A stretch of DNA of 61,639 nucleotides, filler included, from 12 parts of 12 records of this genome joined end to end with filler, not necessarily neighbours in it; one strand, 5' to 3'. Positions 1 through 11,030 are shown, numbered from the whole stretch's first letter. Numbers and translations are program-made. Notes: a model not told the origin generated them from the letters alone.

Positions 1-239
1 TCAGGGCGAGTCTGGCGCGGGCCAGAGCTACGCATGCTGGCTTGTCGGGTCTGGACGATCTGGAGTACGATGGCGAACAACCTGAGACTGAACCCGTGGC
101 CGAACCCGCGGCCGAACCTAGGTTCGGCCAGGCCGAACCTAGACCGAACCAACGGGGGGGAGATCCGAGTAGCGATCAAGCCAATACCGTACGTACTGAC
201 AATACGTTACTATTACTCGTAGAACCGGCGGTGGACTAG
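1..239 (+). CDS. Possible 3' end of a gene truncated by the window start (acidic/Pro-rich tail)
   Basis: GC-rich open frame (…LDDLEYDGEQPETEPVAEPAAEP…) ending at TAG 237-239, followed by AT-richer sequence. No family motif recognised. Confidence 0.3.
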   Translation, partial: RASLARARATHAGLSGLDDLEYDGEQPETEPVAEPAAEPRFGQAEPRPNQRGGDPSSDQANTVRTDNTLLLLVEPAVD

Positions 240-290
240 ATCAAGCCAATACCGTACTAACAAACCATTACTACTACTCATAACTAATGG
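174..290 (+). repeat. Degenerate ~65-bp tandem duplication
   Basis: GATCAAGCCAATACCGTAC occurs at 174 and 239, each copy followed by a similar TTACTA(T/C)TACTC tail. Confidence 0.75.
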
Positions 291-561
291 CACGGAATGG
301 CACGGCGTCGAGATTGATGCGTACTGTAAGTGCGTAACATTTGTACTCGTACTGCAGTGGCGTACTGATTACAGTCGCGTATACGTACTACAGTCGTGTA
401 CGTCGAGTGGCAGTACAGGTACAGCTCAATACAATCGGATTGTATACTTTGATACGCCCCTGCTCGAGCGCCAGGTTCGGGGGAGAGAGTCCATCAAGCA
501 ACGGCCACCTGCCTGCCTGAGCGGTAGCAGCCAGTGTCGCCCTCGGCAGCGGGCAGCCCAG

Positions 562-831
562 TCAAACCCCCTTGTACAGCCCGTGCACTGTGTCCTCCTC
601 CTGCACGCCGTAGCTCTCCAGCGTCCTGTCGTCGTCCTCAGGGTTGCTGCCCTCCTTGCCGGGCTGGGCTCCAGCAAAGTACCCGAGGAGCTTACCCGCA
701 TGCGTCAGCGCGAAGTCATCCAGCCCGATCCCCTCCTTATCCTGGATCTTCACCTTCAAGTTGCGCACGGTGTCACTCGGTCCAGCGTCGAGCGTGACGA
801 ACTGGCCGGTGTTGCTGCGGAAGATGATCAT
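562..831 (-). CDS. Ubiquitin-like protein with a loop insertion
   Basis: MIIFRSNTGQFVTLDAGPSDTVRNLKVKIQDKEGI…HAGKLL…DDRTLESYGVQEEDTVH aligns with ubiquitin (PSDTIENVKAKIQDKEGI…[23 protein letters not shown]). ATG at 831; 3' end uncertain (see findings). Confidence 0.8.
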   Translation of the reverse strand: MIIFRSNTGQFVTLDAGPSDTVRNLKVKIQDKEGIGLDDFALTHAGKLLGYFAGAQPGKEGSNPEDDDRTLESYGVQEEDTVHGLYKGV

Positions 832-915
832 CCGCCTCCCCCCGGCCCTCCCCGACTCCAAGACCCAACGAACTTTTCGTCCGGTCGGGAGTGTCGGGGC
901 ATATATTACGCGAGG

Positions 916-2756
916 ATGCGTCGGGAGTCGGGGCGACGGCGCTGGCTGCTGGTGGCTCTGCTGGGGGCCGGGGCGCTGGTCCTCCTGTACGCGACGCGGA
1001 CCGCCGAGCCGGCTGCCCTGGTGGCTCCGTTGCGACGGAGCCACCAGGCCGACGATTTCGATGCGGTGGACGCCGATTCGGACAGCCGGGGCTCGGAGAC
1101 CGGGTATGGCGCTCGGGCCCCGCAGCAGAGGGGCGATCAGCCTGCGCGCGCCCCGCCGCGGCTCAGACCTCACCCTCCGCGCGTGCCGGCTACAAATGCG
1201 CCCACTCTGCCTCGAGCCCCGGCCCTCCGCGCTCACCCTCCGCGCGCACCGGCCACAGAAGCACCCACGCTGCCTCGACCGGCTCCGGTCCCGGCCGCAC
1301 CAACCACCCGTGCCCCGAGCAAACCGCGGAGCCCCCCTGCACGGCCCGGGTCGGGCGGAGGCGTGTGGGCGACCCGGCGGGCGGCGGTGGTGGCGGCGAT
1401 GCAGCACGCCTGGCAGGGCTACCGGCACTGCGGCTGGGGGGCGGATGAGTACAAGCCGCGGAGCTGTACGTCGCTGCCGGCAAAGTGGGGTGGGATTGGG
1501 ATGACTCTGCTGGACAGCATGGACACGCTCTGGCTGATGGGCCTTCATGAGGAGTTTGGCCAGGCCGTTGCCTGGTGCCGAGATCACCTCAAACTGGTCC
1601 GCCCTCCAGCATGCCCTGACTGAGCGGCCCGCAGGCCAGCCGGCACACGGTGTCTGTGTTCGAGACCACGATCAGAGCCCTTGGTGGGCTGCTGGCCGCT
1701 CACGCTCTCTCTGGTGAGTTGGTGTTGCTTGAGAGGGCGCGGGTGCTCGGAGACTGGCTGCTCGGCACGATGCACCCCAAGCTGGGCATCCCGTGCAAGA
1801 CCAGCGCGCTCGCTCGATCGGGTGGCGGGTGTGCCGAGCAGGTAGGACTGGCAGAGGCCGGCTCAGTCCAGCTAGAACTAAGGCAGCTGTCGGCGGCCAG
1901 CGGGGATCCTAAGTACGCCCGGGCTGCAAATCGGATCTACCGCTGGGCAGCGGACAGCCCGGCGGCGCGGACCGGCTGGTTTGGGTCGAGTGTGCAGCGG
2001 AGCAGCGGAGCACTGATGGGGCCGGTGAGCTTTGGGGGCGACAGTGACAGTTTCTTTGAGTATCTGCTCAAGGGCTGGCTGCAGGGCGGCCGGCGAGAGA
2101 CCCGACTGTGGGACCTGTATGCAGTGACAGTCGAGGCAATGCGCGGTCGGCTGTTGCACAGCACCGATGGCGGGCAGCGGTATGTGGGCACTAGCGCTGA
2201 GCCTGGAAAGATGGAGCACTTGACGTGTTGGCTGCCCGGAGGGCTGGCAGTTGGGGGGCACTTTGGGAACAGGTCGGATCATATGGAGCTTGCACACCAG
2301 CTGATGGCCACATGCTACGACATGTACGCCAAGAGTCCGTTGAAACTGAGCCCTGAGAGGGTTTACTTCGGCAAAAGCGGGTTCAGCATCAGAGATGAGG
2401 CACCTTGGACGATGCACCGGCCAGAGACGGTCGAGTCGCTATACATGCTCTGGGTGACCAGCAAGCGTGAGCAGTACCGGGAATGGGGCTGGAAGATCTT
2501 TCAAGCTATCGAGGAGTGCTGCAAGACCACATACGGTTATGGTGCACACCCGGACGTAAGGAAGCCGTCGAGCGAATGCTGTAAAGGGAACGACGACAGG
2601 ACAGAGACCTACTTCCTGGCCGAGACTCTCAAATATCTGTTTCTGTTGTTTAGTGACACAGATCCGTCGCGGCTTGAGAAGTATGTGTTCAATACAGAAG
2701 CTCATCCGTTCCCAATAGCAAGTGGCCACTCGCCCACGTTCCCACTCTTCGAATAA
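916..2756 (+). CDS. GH47 class I alpha-1,2-mannosidase, type II membrane protein (2 exons)
   Basis: N-terminal TM helix and Pro-rich stem; motifs HAWQGY, DSMDTLWLMGL, VSVFETTIRALGGLL, DSFFEYLLK, MEHLTC, RPETVESL, FLAETLKYLFLLF, FNTEAHP. A 38-nt GT-AG intron (1597-1634) joins ORFs 583..1623 and 1650..2756. Confidence 0.95.
1165..1290 (+). repeat. Coding tandem duplication (~21 aa x2) in the mannosidase stem
   Basis: RPHPPRVPATNAPTLPRAPAL / RAHPPRAPATEAPTLPRPAPV. Confidence 0.75.
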
Positions 2757-3102
2757 TTGCCTTGGTCTTGAATCAGGTGATTCAGGTGTTGCTTGATTAA
2801 ATTGAGAACTCGTCTCGAGCTCGAGTAAAACTCGAGCTTTTTTCGACGGTATTTCGAAGGCTCAAGCCGAGCCCGAGTATATTTAAGCTCGAGCTTTTGC
2901 TGAGCTACATAATTATGGCCCCTCAGGAAAAGTGTGGATTGGGCACTGCCGACTACGTGTACAACTCCAAGCGTGGATCTACGAGTACGTGTATCGACGC
3001 TGCGCTACCGCTGGAGACCAGCAGGCCCTAAGCAGGCCCGGCCAGGCCCGGCCGTTGTGAAAAATCTGACCGGTAACAGTGAACACAGGAGCGAGTTTGA
3101 GA

Positions 3103-4326
3103 ATGGCGGTGGCCTTCGAGGCAGGGGTGCTCCGATATCCCCTCGGCGACGGCACCCGAACCTCGGCCTGGGTGGCCCTGCCCGATGGCCTGGCGGCCGG
3201 AGTGGTGCTCTCGTGGCACGGCACCCAGCTGCCAGGCATTGGCACCCCCGCCACCCGGGCCGCATACTTAAACCAACCACCAGCGCGTCTGGCGACGGAG
3301 GTGACCCAGTGCGGCTGGCTGTGGGTGGAGCCGCACCTGCGCGGGCTGGGCGAGAGTCAGGGCACTGCGCACCAGCGGTGGCACATGCTCGCCGCTGTTG
3401 CCGACGAGGGCGAGGCCGTGCTGCGGGCGCTGCTGGCGGCGGGGGAAGAGCACGGCTGGTGGGACGGCGGGCAGCTGCCCATGTATAGCATCGGGGCCAG
3501 CCAGGGCGGCACTAACACGGTCGGGTTCCATTTCTGGTGGCAGCGGTGCCGGGACAGGCTGTTGCGCGAGCGGTTTGAGCTGCGCAGAAGCCTCGCCTGC
3601 TCCGGGACTTTGTCGGCCGTCGTGATAGAGCAAGCCATGTTTACCAAGTATTCCAAGTACTCGGAGGCACCGCTCGTGCTCGAGAGCGTAGATCGGCCGC
3701 TGCTGCCGGTGTCCAAGAAGATGCAGCACATTCTGCTCGCCCATTTGCTTTACACTTTTCAGACGGCCACTGGATTTCGGCCCGAGATTGAATACGCCGA
3801 CGGTTTCGCCCCGGACAAAGCGGCCGAGGGGGACGATTTTGGGTTCATGGCGGTGATAATCAACGACATCTTGCAGGACGAGCAGAAACTGGCTGCGCCC
3901 GAGAGCATTAGCGGGTTTGAGACCCCATCGTTTCTCACGGCTCAGAGCTGGTCTTTGCTTTGTGACAAGAGCAGTCCGATCCGGCGGGACGTACTGGAGT
4001 TCGTTGGACGGGAGATGTGCTCGGTGGCGCGGTTCGGGTCCGATCGCGAGCTCGAGCGCAATTATATCAGCTTGGACCTTTATCACTCAAGGAACGACTT
4101 GAACGTTCTTTGGGCACACAGCGCGGCGATGGCGGCGGCGGGTCCCGGGACAAATGTGCGGTTAGTGGACTGCTCGGATGGGGCGGAGACGATCTCGGGG
4201 CTTTTCGACCGGCACCACGCCCCGTATGACCGGGCCAAAACGGAGTTGTTCAAGCTGATTGATGAAGACAACGCGAAGCTGCTGATAGATGCGGCACTCT
4301 GTGATGATTATCGGGATGTACTTTAG
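3103..4326 (+). CDS. Alpha/beta-hydrolase fold protein (lipase/esterase-like), intronless
   Basis: LSWHGT oxyanion region, PHLRGLGES, nucleophile elbow GASQGG (GxSxG), YHSRND acid-residue region and C-terminal His (HHAPY). Confidence 0.7.
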   Translation: MAVAFEAGVLRYPLGDGTRTSAWVALPDGLAAGVVLSWHGTQLPGIGTPATRAAYLNQPPARLATEVTQCGWLWVEPHLRGLGESQGTAHQRWHMLAAVADEGEAVLRALLAAGEEHGWWDGGQLPMYSIGASQGGTNTVGFHFWWQRCRDRLLRERFELRRSLACSGTLSAVVIEQAMFTKYSKYSEAPLVLESVDRPLLPVSKKMQHILLAHLLYTFQTATGFRPEIEYADGFAPDKAAEGDDFGFMAVIINDILQDEQKLAAPESISGFETPSFLTAQSWSLLCDKSSPIRRDVLEFVGREMCSVARFGSDRELERNYISLDLYHSRNDLNVLWAHSAAMAAAGPGTNVRLVDCSDGAETISGLFDRHHAPYDRAKTELFKLIDEDNAKLLIDAALCDDYRDVL

Positions 4327-4515
4327 TAATAGCTATTTCACTTCACCATTTTTATCTTTATATATTAATAGTCGCACTCGGGAGTCATTGTGTAATTGCA
4401 CTAAATGCCATGGCACGGTGTACTTGTTCTGTAATGCGCTCGTAACATGTCGTAAAGCCACACACGCTCACATTTATCAGGCTGGCTTTACACTGTTCAG
4501 TACGGTAAGCCGTGA

Positions 4516-6252
4516 TTACTTGGCGAGCTTATATCCAGCAGCTAGCGCCGTCATCGGCAGACACAGCGCTGTGATCGCACTGGCGCTAAGCATCAGCGGG
4601 AAGTAATCTCGCATCGGCAGGAGCCCGGACAGCAGGTCCATCAGCACCAGCCCGGACTGGCCCACCGCCATCACCAGCTTGGGCGATACCAGGTGGAGCA
4701 TCCGAAAAGGAGCCAGGATCGCGTGCGTACCCGAGTGCCAGCCGAACGCGTAGCATGAGAGCACCACGCCTTGCTCGGACACAAGAGTCCCGCTCATCGT
4801 CACTGGCGAGCTCAGCTCGCCCCGAGTCGATTCAATCCGCCGGACCTGCCCGAGCCCTAAGCCAGGCTGGCCAGGGCAGCCACCTGTGTGAGGGAGCCGT
4901 CAGCCAGTCGAATCTTGGACCCGAGTGCGAGCTGGTCAGCAGTCACCATCCCACTCGGGGTGCTGATCATGTGCAGCCGGGTCAGCTCGACCCAGCCGGA
5001 TGTCAGCTCGATCCGGAGCATCCGGTGGGTCCCGGGCACCTTGTGCAAGTACCACACCTCGTCGTCCTCGACTGTCGTCCGCAGCCGGCTGCCGACAGAA
5101 AGCTCCCCGAGCCTCTTTGGCCCAGTCGGGGTCCGGACCATGTTGTTGTCGCCCAGGCAGGCAACATCCGAGCTGCCACTGTCGCTGCTGCCGCTGTCGG
5201 TGCTGCCGCTGGTGTCCACCTGGCACGTGTGAGTGAGCACACCCGGCCGATCACCGTGTAGGTGACGGTAGCCTGGGTCTCTCCGATCCCCTCAGTCACA
5301 GTAGCCTCGGCCTCGACTTGCATCAGCTCAACATCCGCATAGTCCACCTGCACTCGAGCTCACCCAGGGCACGGCTGGAGCAGCTGACCGCCAGGATGTT
5401 GATATCCGCCGAGTTGATAGTCCCAGAATAACTATAGTCCGTGTTGATAAGATCACAAATCGAGTTCTTAAACGCGGCCGTGTCCAGATCTCCGTTCAGA
5501 TTGACCGTCACCGTATCGGTGCAGCCTTCCGTCTGCCCGTCCATGGCCTGGTTCCGGATGGTCGAAGCGACCAGCGAGGAGCCGGAGCACGAGCACGCCG
5601 TGCATTCGTTCGTGTACTCCGAGCAGAAACCGCTACCCCCGAAGCTCCGGCTCAGGGTGCTTTGGAGATTCGCGGGGTTCGGCCTGGAGCTCCACTGGCG
5701 TCGGCGCCGATTCTCGAACGCGTCGACAACTCCGCGCCGCCGGTGGGTATCGATATTTGACCAGCGCCGCCTCCGGTGGTACAAGTCCGTCGTGAAACCC
5801 CGCCGCCGCCGGTGGGTAGTGTCCCGCCGCCTCCGCCGGAGGGTGGTGGAGAGCCCCTCGGCAGTTTGCTCGAGCTCTGTTGAGTACGATTCCGTGCCTT
5901 TCGGTCCATTCGGGCCATAAAACCATCTTTTCATCTTTTGTTTGTTAGAGGCAAGGAGCTTGTTGAGCTTGGAGACAGCCCCCGACTCGTCTTCGTCCGA
6001 TCTCGCCGGGCTAGTCTCCTCGGCGTGCTCCAGGTACTCGGTGGCGTCCTCGGCGTGAAATGGCGCGGGTTGATCGGTTGGAGCGCCCCTAATCCTCTGT
6101 CGTGGTCGGAGCAGACCCGGGTCGTGCACCGACAGGTGCGAGACCACGTGGGTTGCATCAACAGGTGCGAGACCGGTCTCGGCACTCAGTCCCCCGCCCA
6201 CGCTGAGGGCGGCGATGAGAAGCATAGCGCACGCGAATCGGGTCATCGCCAT
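4516..6252 (-). CDS. Secreted protein with C-terminal Hedgehog-type Hint (Hog) domain (4 exons)
   Basis: Signal peptide MAMTRFACAMLLIAALSVGG. GT-AG introns 5348-5388, 5220-5254 and 4846-4883 join four ORF pieces in frame. Hint motifs A|CLGDNNMVRTPTGPKRLGELSVG, ELTRLH and SPVTMSGTLVSEQGVVLSCYA, then SRR-like HAILAPFRML. Confidence 0.88.
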
Positions 6253-6303
6253 TGCTCTCTGATTGCGATTGCTCTCTGATTGCGCTCGAAGCGGGCGTCA
6301 CCT

Positions 6304-6403
6304 NNNNNNNNNNNNNNNNNNNNNNNNNNNNNNNNNNNNNNNNNNNNTTAATTAATTAANNNNNNNNNNNNNNNNNNNNNNNNNNNNNNNNNNNNNNNNN
6401 NNN
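6304..6403. other. Artificial contig spacer (first of 11)
   Basis: N44-TTAATTAATTAA-N44, giving stops in all six frames. Identical spacers at 10018, 16057, 20324, 26496, 29881, 38901, 42580, 49857, 52972 and 56295. Confidence 0.99.
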
Positions 6404-9400
6404 AGCGGCTGGGCAGGAGCAGCTGCAGAACCAGTACGACGCGATCGCGATGGACGCCGAGCAGCGCGAGGAGCTCCGAGCGGAGATTGACAAAAAGCGG
6501 CACCAAACCGACCAGAAGAAAGAGAACGGTGCGCGCCGGCGGGGTGCACGGCCAGCCTGGGTGCAGCCAAGCAGCGCAAGCGGAACAAGAAGGTGCTCAA
6601 CGTGAGCCGCGACCTGCACGAGCAGAAGGTGCCGCCCGGGCAGCAGGCCGGCCGATAGCCTGGCAGTGTCTGGAGCGCGAAAAGCCGTTCACCCCGCTTT
6701 TCCCGCCCAGGGCCGAAACCGAGACCGATCACCAGGCAGGTGGGCGGGCGCGGGCTGTATGAAAGGGGTTCCAGGCGAGAATCACTAATCTACACAGGCA
6801 TATAATTGAGAAGCGACGGGTAGCCGGCTGGCTGGTGCGGGGGCTTAGTCCGAGGGCCAGATGGCGTGCGAGTTCAAGCGGCTGATCCGTTACAAGACGC
6901 GCGAGAAGCGGCAGGGCAACCTGCTGATGATGCAGTGCCACACCGACTGGATGGACGCGCTAGAGCAACTGCCACGCAGACCGGGCGCGTATGACGGGGC
7001 TGACGTCCCGGCCCGACCAGCCCCTACGGAACTCGAGTTGAAGCAATTCGAGGCGTGTGAGAAGAGGGTGTGTGCACTCTGCGGCAGCAAGTGAGCTGGG
7101 GCAGGCGAGGGACTGGCAGCAAGCTGTGGCCGAGCAACGAGGCAAGTTTGAGATGCAAGCCAACCTGCTCTCCGCCAGCCGGCCCAACGCGGCCCAGATC
7201 GGGATACCGTGTCTCTCGTGGTAGCTCGGCTGGGCAGCATGCGGGCTGAGTGCGGGTGGGCAGCATGCTTGGCCCCCAGATAAGCCAAGCCAACCCGCTC
7301 CCGACAGGCCGCGCGGTGTACGTGCACAGCTACCTGGCCGATCACGCTCTGTGCAACGAAGAGCTGCGTACGATCAGCAGCCAGCGGGCCGAGCTGAGCC
7401 GGCTCGGGTTTGAGAGGCGAACAGCAGACAGCCTGCAGCTCTATTTCGGCCCGAAGCTGTGGCCAGAACCGGACCAATTAGTCTCTGGCGAGCCGTTGGA
7501 TCGAGCTGTGAGCCAAGCCAGCGAGTACCTGCTGACGCTGCGGGCGCACGGACATGAGGGTACTGCAGAGCAAGTAGAGGATGTGTGTGAGCTGCTCATC
7601 AAAGTGCAACGGCTTGACAGGAGTCTGGAGCTTAAGCGGGCTCAGGTGGAGGCATGCCAGGCACACAGCACGGTCGGGCACGTTACCAAGGAAGCAGTTG
7701 GGATTCTAGCAAGGGGAGGGGGGAACCAGGCTGCCGGGGCAGTGTCGGAGGTGCAGAGAGTTACATCAGCAGATGGGCTGACCTGTGCGAATCTGGAGGC
7801 TGTGGTCTCGCCTTTGGAGTCGATGCAGCTTGAGGGGAAGGCTGCCGAGTTGATGATGGAGATGGACTTGATTTGCATGTATCTGACCAGTTTCACCAAG
7901 TGCTTGGTTCATGTCGAGATGTGTGCGTATTGCGAAGAAATGTTCTCGAGCTTGGACCACACAGTGGAGCTTTACAAGGAGGCCTCGAGCACTCTGTCCG
8001 AGTCAGCACCAACTAGTCAGCCCAACCCCAAGCTCAAAATGAAGATCAGGTCCCATGTAACAACGCTGCTCAGCTACCTCGCCTCGACACTTGCAGGTGC
8101 AGATCAGGAGTCGGTCACTCTGCAGCTGCTGAGCAATGCAGCAGCCGACTGCGATAGTGTCATTCGCAGCTTGTCGGCATGTGGGGAGCAAGAAGAAGCC
8201 CTCACTTTAAATGCTGCAGATGCTAACCTCAAAAGTGCTAAGAGTGCATATACAGAAATCCAAAGGTTGAAACGAAGCCTTGCTATGGTTGACGCAAAGC
8301 TGCGTTCAACCCGGTACAAGAAACTTGTAGGCACCAGCTTGACGAGTGCAGCTATCTATGGAGCAAGTGGATCTGAGTGTGATAATACTTTCAATGCATG
8401 CTTGGCACCTTGCAGCCGGGCACCTTGCATGGTTGACAGCTCTATCAAGCAGAATGGGTCTGGAGCTTTGGTGGATTACAAGTCGCGATTGCTTGAAACA
8501 CTATCCAGTGACCATGAAGGATTTGATTCCTGGAAGCCGCTGCTGCAAGCGTGGTGTTTCGAGTGCCCAGAAGTTGCTGCTGAGAATAGACTGCACCTCA
8601 TGGCTGGTGATGTTGACTCGTTTACTCTCACCGACGAGTTGTTGTGGGGGTTTCGCAAGCTGCTTGGCGAGATGGACGAGGAGCAACACGGCGCAGCCTA
8701 CTGTCTTACCCAAGAGTTGATCTGCCAGCTCGAGCAGCAGAGCTGTTTGGGTCAAGTTGTGTATGCTAAGCTGGTTGAGACGAAGCGCATGATGCAGGCC
8801 TTGCGGCGCAGATTGGATCCGCTTGCAGATTGGACACTCCTGCTGCAACTACAAGACCTCATGCAGAAGATTGAGAACGTACTCAAATCACGAGCGGAGT
8901 CGCCGGAACAAAGCCTGCGCCTCGCCACCAGCTCGTGCCAGTCAGAAGCCTGTGAGCTTTTGAATACGCTTGTGCGAGAACTGGACGGGTTTCAGATTGG
9001 CGAAGCGCAAGAGCTGGCTAAAGTGGCTAATTCAGGGAGTGCAACCAGCAAACAAATGGTGCCACTGGTACAAGCTTTGGAAATTGTGTATGCGAAACTG
9101 GTGAGCGATGGTAATGAGGAAGATGGAAAGGAGTTGGGTGCCGTCGTGCATCTGGCAAAGTTGGCAGTATTGAAACTTGCACAAGCTGAACTGCAGCACA
9201 TGAGTCTGGAAGCATGTTTGCATGCGGATGCGGCAGCGACAACTTCTGCAGAGGTGGAGGTGGGACTGTGTGAGAGGGGTGATGCGGAACTGGCAAAGCA
9301 GGTGGGTACTGTGAGCTTGCCTTTGCGTAGTTTGTCGAGACAGCTTGATGCAGGACAAAAGGAAATGTGGGCTTTGCCAGCTGTCCAACTAAAGGACCCA

Positions 9401-10017
9401 TTGAACAATCATGTTTCAGTTGCGGCCAATGAACAGAGAGCCTTGATCAACATTGAGTACGCCAAGCTTGTTCATGAGTTGTCTGATCCTGATATCCTCT
9501 TCGAGAAGCGAGGAGAGCTTGGCTCTATTGATGCTGAGTACGCCAAGCTTGTTCATGAGTCGTCTGATCCTGATATCCTTTTCAAGAAACGAGGAGAGCT
9601 TGGCTCTGATGGTGCTGAGTACGCCAAGCTTGCTCATGAGCCGTCTGTGCTGCTTGAGAAGCGAGGAGAGGCTGGATCTCTTGAAAGCGAGTGGGCCGAG
9701 CTAGTGGGCGCGCAAGATAACGCATTTAGCCCAGCAGGGGCATTTCAGGAGCTGGACGCAATTATTCTGAAGAGCTGTTCATTGTCAGGCAAACTCGGAT
9801 CGTCTAGTAGCGACGCAGAAGCCAAGCAGATGGATGATGTGGCTGAAAGGCTGAGCAAAATCAAACAAATGCATGCAGCGTTCTGGGCTGTGGCACAACG
9901 AGCGAGCATGAAGATGTCAGAGGTGGATCTCTGCAAAGCTCAGGCTGCGTTGATTGAGGAAATAGAGGAGGCATCAGTGGTGCTGATGGCGGCCGGAGTG
10001 GAGGTGGAGCCGGTGCA
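6404..10017 (+). CDS. Large alpha-helical/coiled-coil protein of unknown function, partial at both ends
   Basis: Short 5' exons (EQLQNQYDAIAMDAEQREELRAEIDKKRHQTDQKKEN; KQRKRNKKVLNVSRDLHEQK; CLEREKPFTPLF…) separated by ~38-nt GT-AG introns, then a >900-codon open exon reaching the contig end. Confidence 0.65.
9454..9682 (+). repeat. 81-bp (27-aa) coding tandem repeat, ~3 copies
   Basis: TGAGTACGCCAAGCTTG starts at 9454, 9535 and 9616; unit EYAKLVHELSDPDILFEKRGELGSIDA. Confidence 0.9.
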
Positions 10018-10117
10018 NNNNNNNNNNNNNNNNNNNNNNNNNNNNNNNNNNNNNNNNNNNNTTAATTAATTAANNNNNNNNNNNNNNNNNNNNNNNNNNN
10101 NNNNNNNNNNNNNNNNN

Positions 10118-11030
10118 GCGGTGGCTGCGCTGCTTGGCGATATTGTTCAGGTCCATCCCATCGAGCTGGTTCTCCATCCTGAAGTCGCCGGCCATTCGGT
10201 GGGCCGGCTGCCACTGGGTGGTCGGATCAGGCATCACTATGTCCTCCGGGTCGATCTCGTGCGCCAGCTGAAGTAGCTTGGCGCTCTGGGCTAGGTGCTT
10301 CTTGGCCTCTCTCGGGTTGTTAATCTGCAGCCACATCTCGCCCACCTTACGCTCCTCGGCCGCCTCCTTCTCGGCCGCCTTCCTCGCCTGCGACAGCTGC
10401 CGGTCCCTCGGTTTTCGTGTGCCCCCCAGCTGCATCCGACGGGCCGAGCTCTGCCACCAGTGCTGGTCGTTGTACCCGCGCTGCTTGGCCACCACCCGCC
10501 CCGGCCGGCCCTCCTCCACGTGCCGGCCCACCATGTCGTCCGACACCCGTTGGAGCGAGCTCCCCAGCCCGCGCGAGCTCTCCTGCCTCCAGGCTGAGTC
10601 TGCTGCATGGGGACCCGGACCACCTTGAGCTTGGCGCCCGCCGGCGAGCCCGTGGGCGGCCGCCGCATCTCAGTCCGCATCGACAACTGCGACAGCTCGC
10701 TGGGGCCGGGGGGGTCCCGGGGCGCACCGGGCCGAGCGCCGAGCCCGGTGCCGGGGGCGGGGCGGTCGAGTACAGCATGGCCATCTCAGCGCAGTTGCGG
10801 AAGCCCATCCCGCCGTCCGGGTCCTGCCCGCCGGTGAGCCCCCCTGGCAGCAGCGCGGGACCTGCAGGCAACGCTCCCGCCAGTCCAGCATCTGCTCCTG
10901 AGGGGTAAAGGAGCGGGCCCCCGACTGCAGGGCCAGGCTCAGCCGGGCCACGGGGACGGGGCACGATCGCGGGCAGTTGGTGCCGGTCCGAGTCGAAACC
11001 CAGGTGGCTGTGCGGCGCCGCTGCACTCAT
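10118..11030 (-). CDS. Hypothetical protein, multi-exon, 3' partial
   Basis: ATG at 11030 next to an AT-rich intergenic region; open frames 10347..11030 and 10070..10546 appear to be linked by short introns. No family recognised. Confidence 0.45.

Noticed and set aside
470-564. TGA ending the UBL read as Sec (V-U-LG-C resembles UxxC)
   Set aside because: No convincing AUGA…AA…GA hairpin was found downstream on the minus strand, and a ubiquitin fold gives no redox context.
562-1587. Long antisense or alternative-frame ORFs (e.g. 562..1587, 17599..19125, 36881..38110, 59581..60759) as overlapping genes
   Set aside because: High GC suppresses stop codons. Only the UBL and IDO portions carry recognisable motifs; the rest are shadows of real genes.
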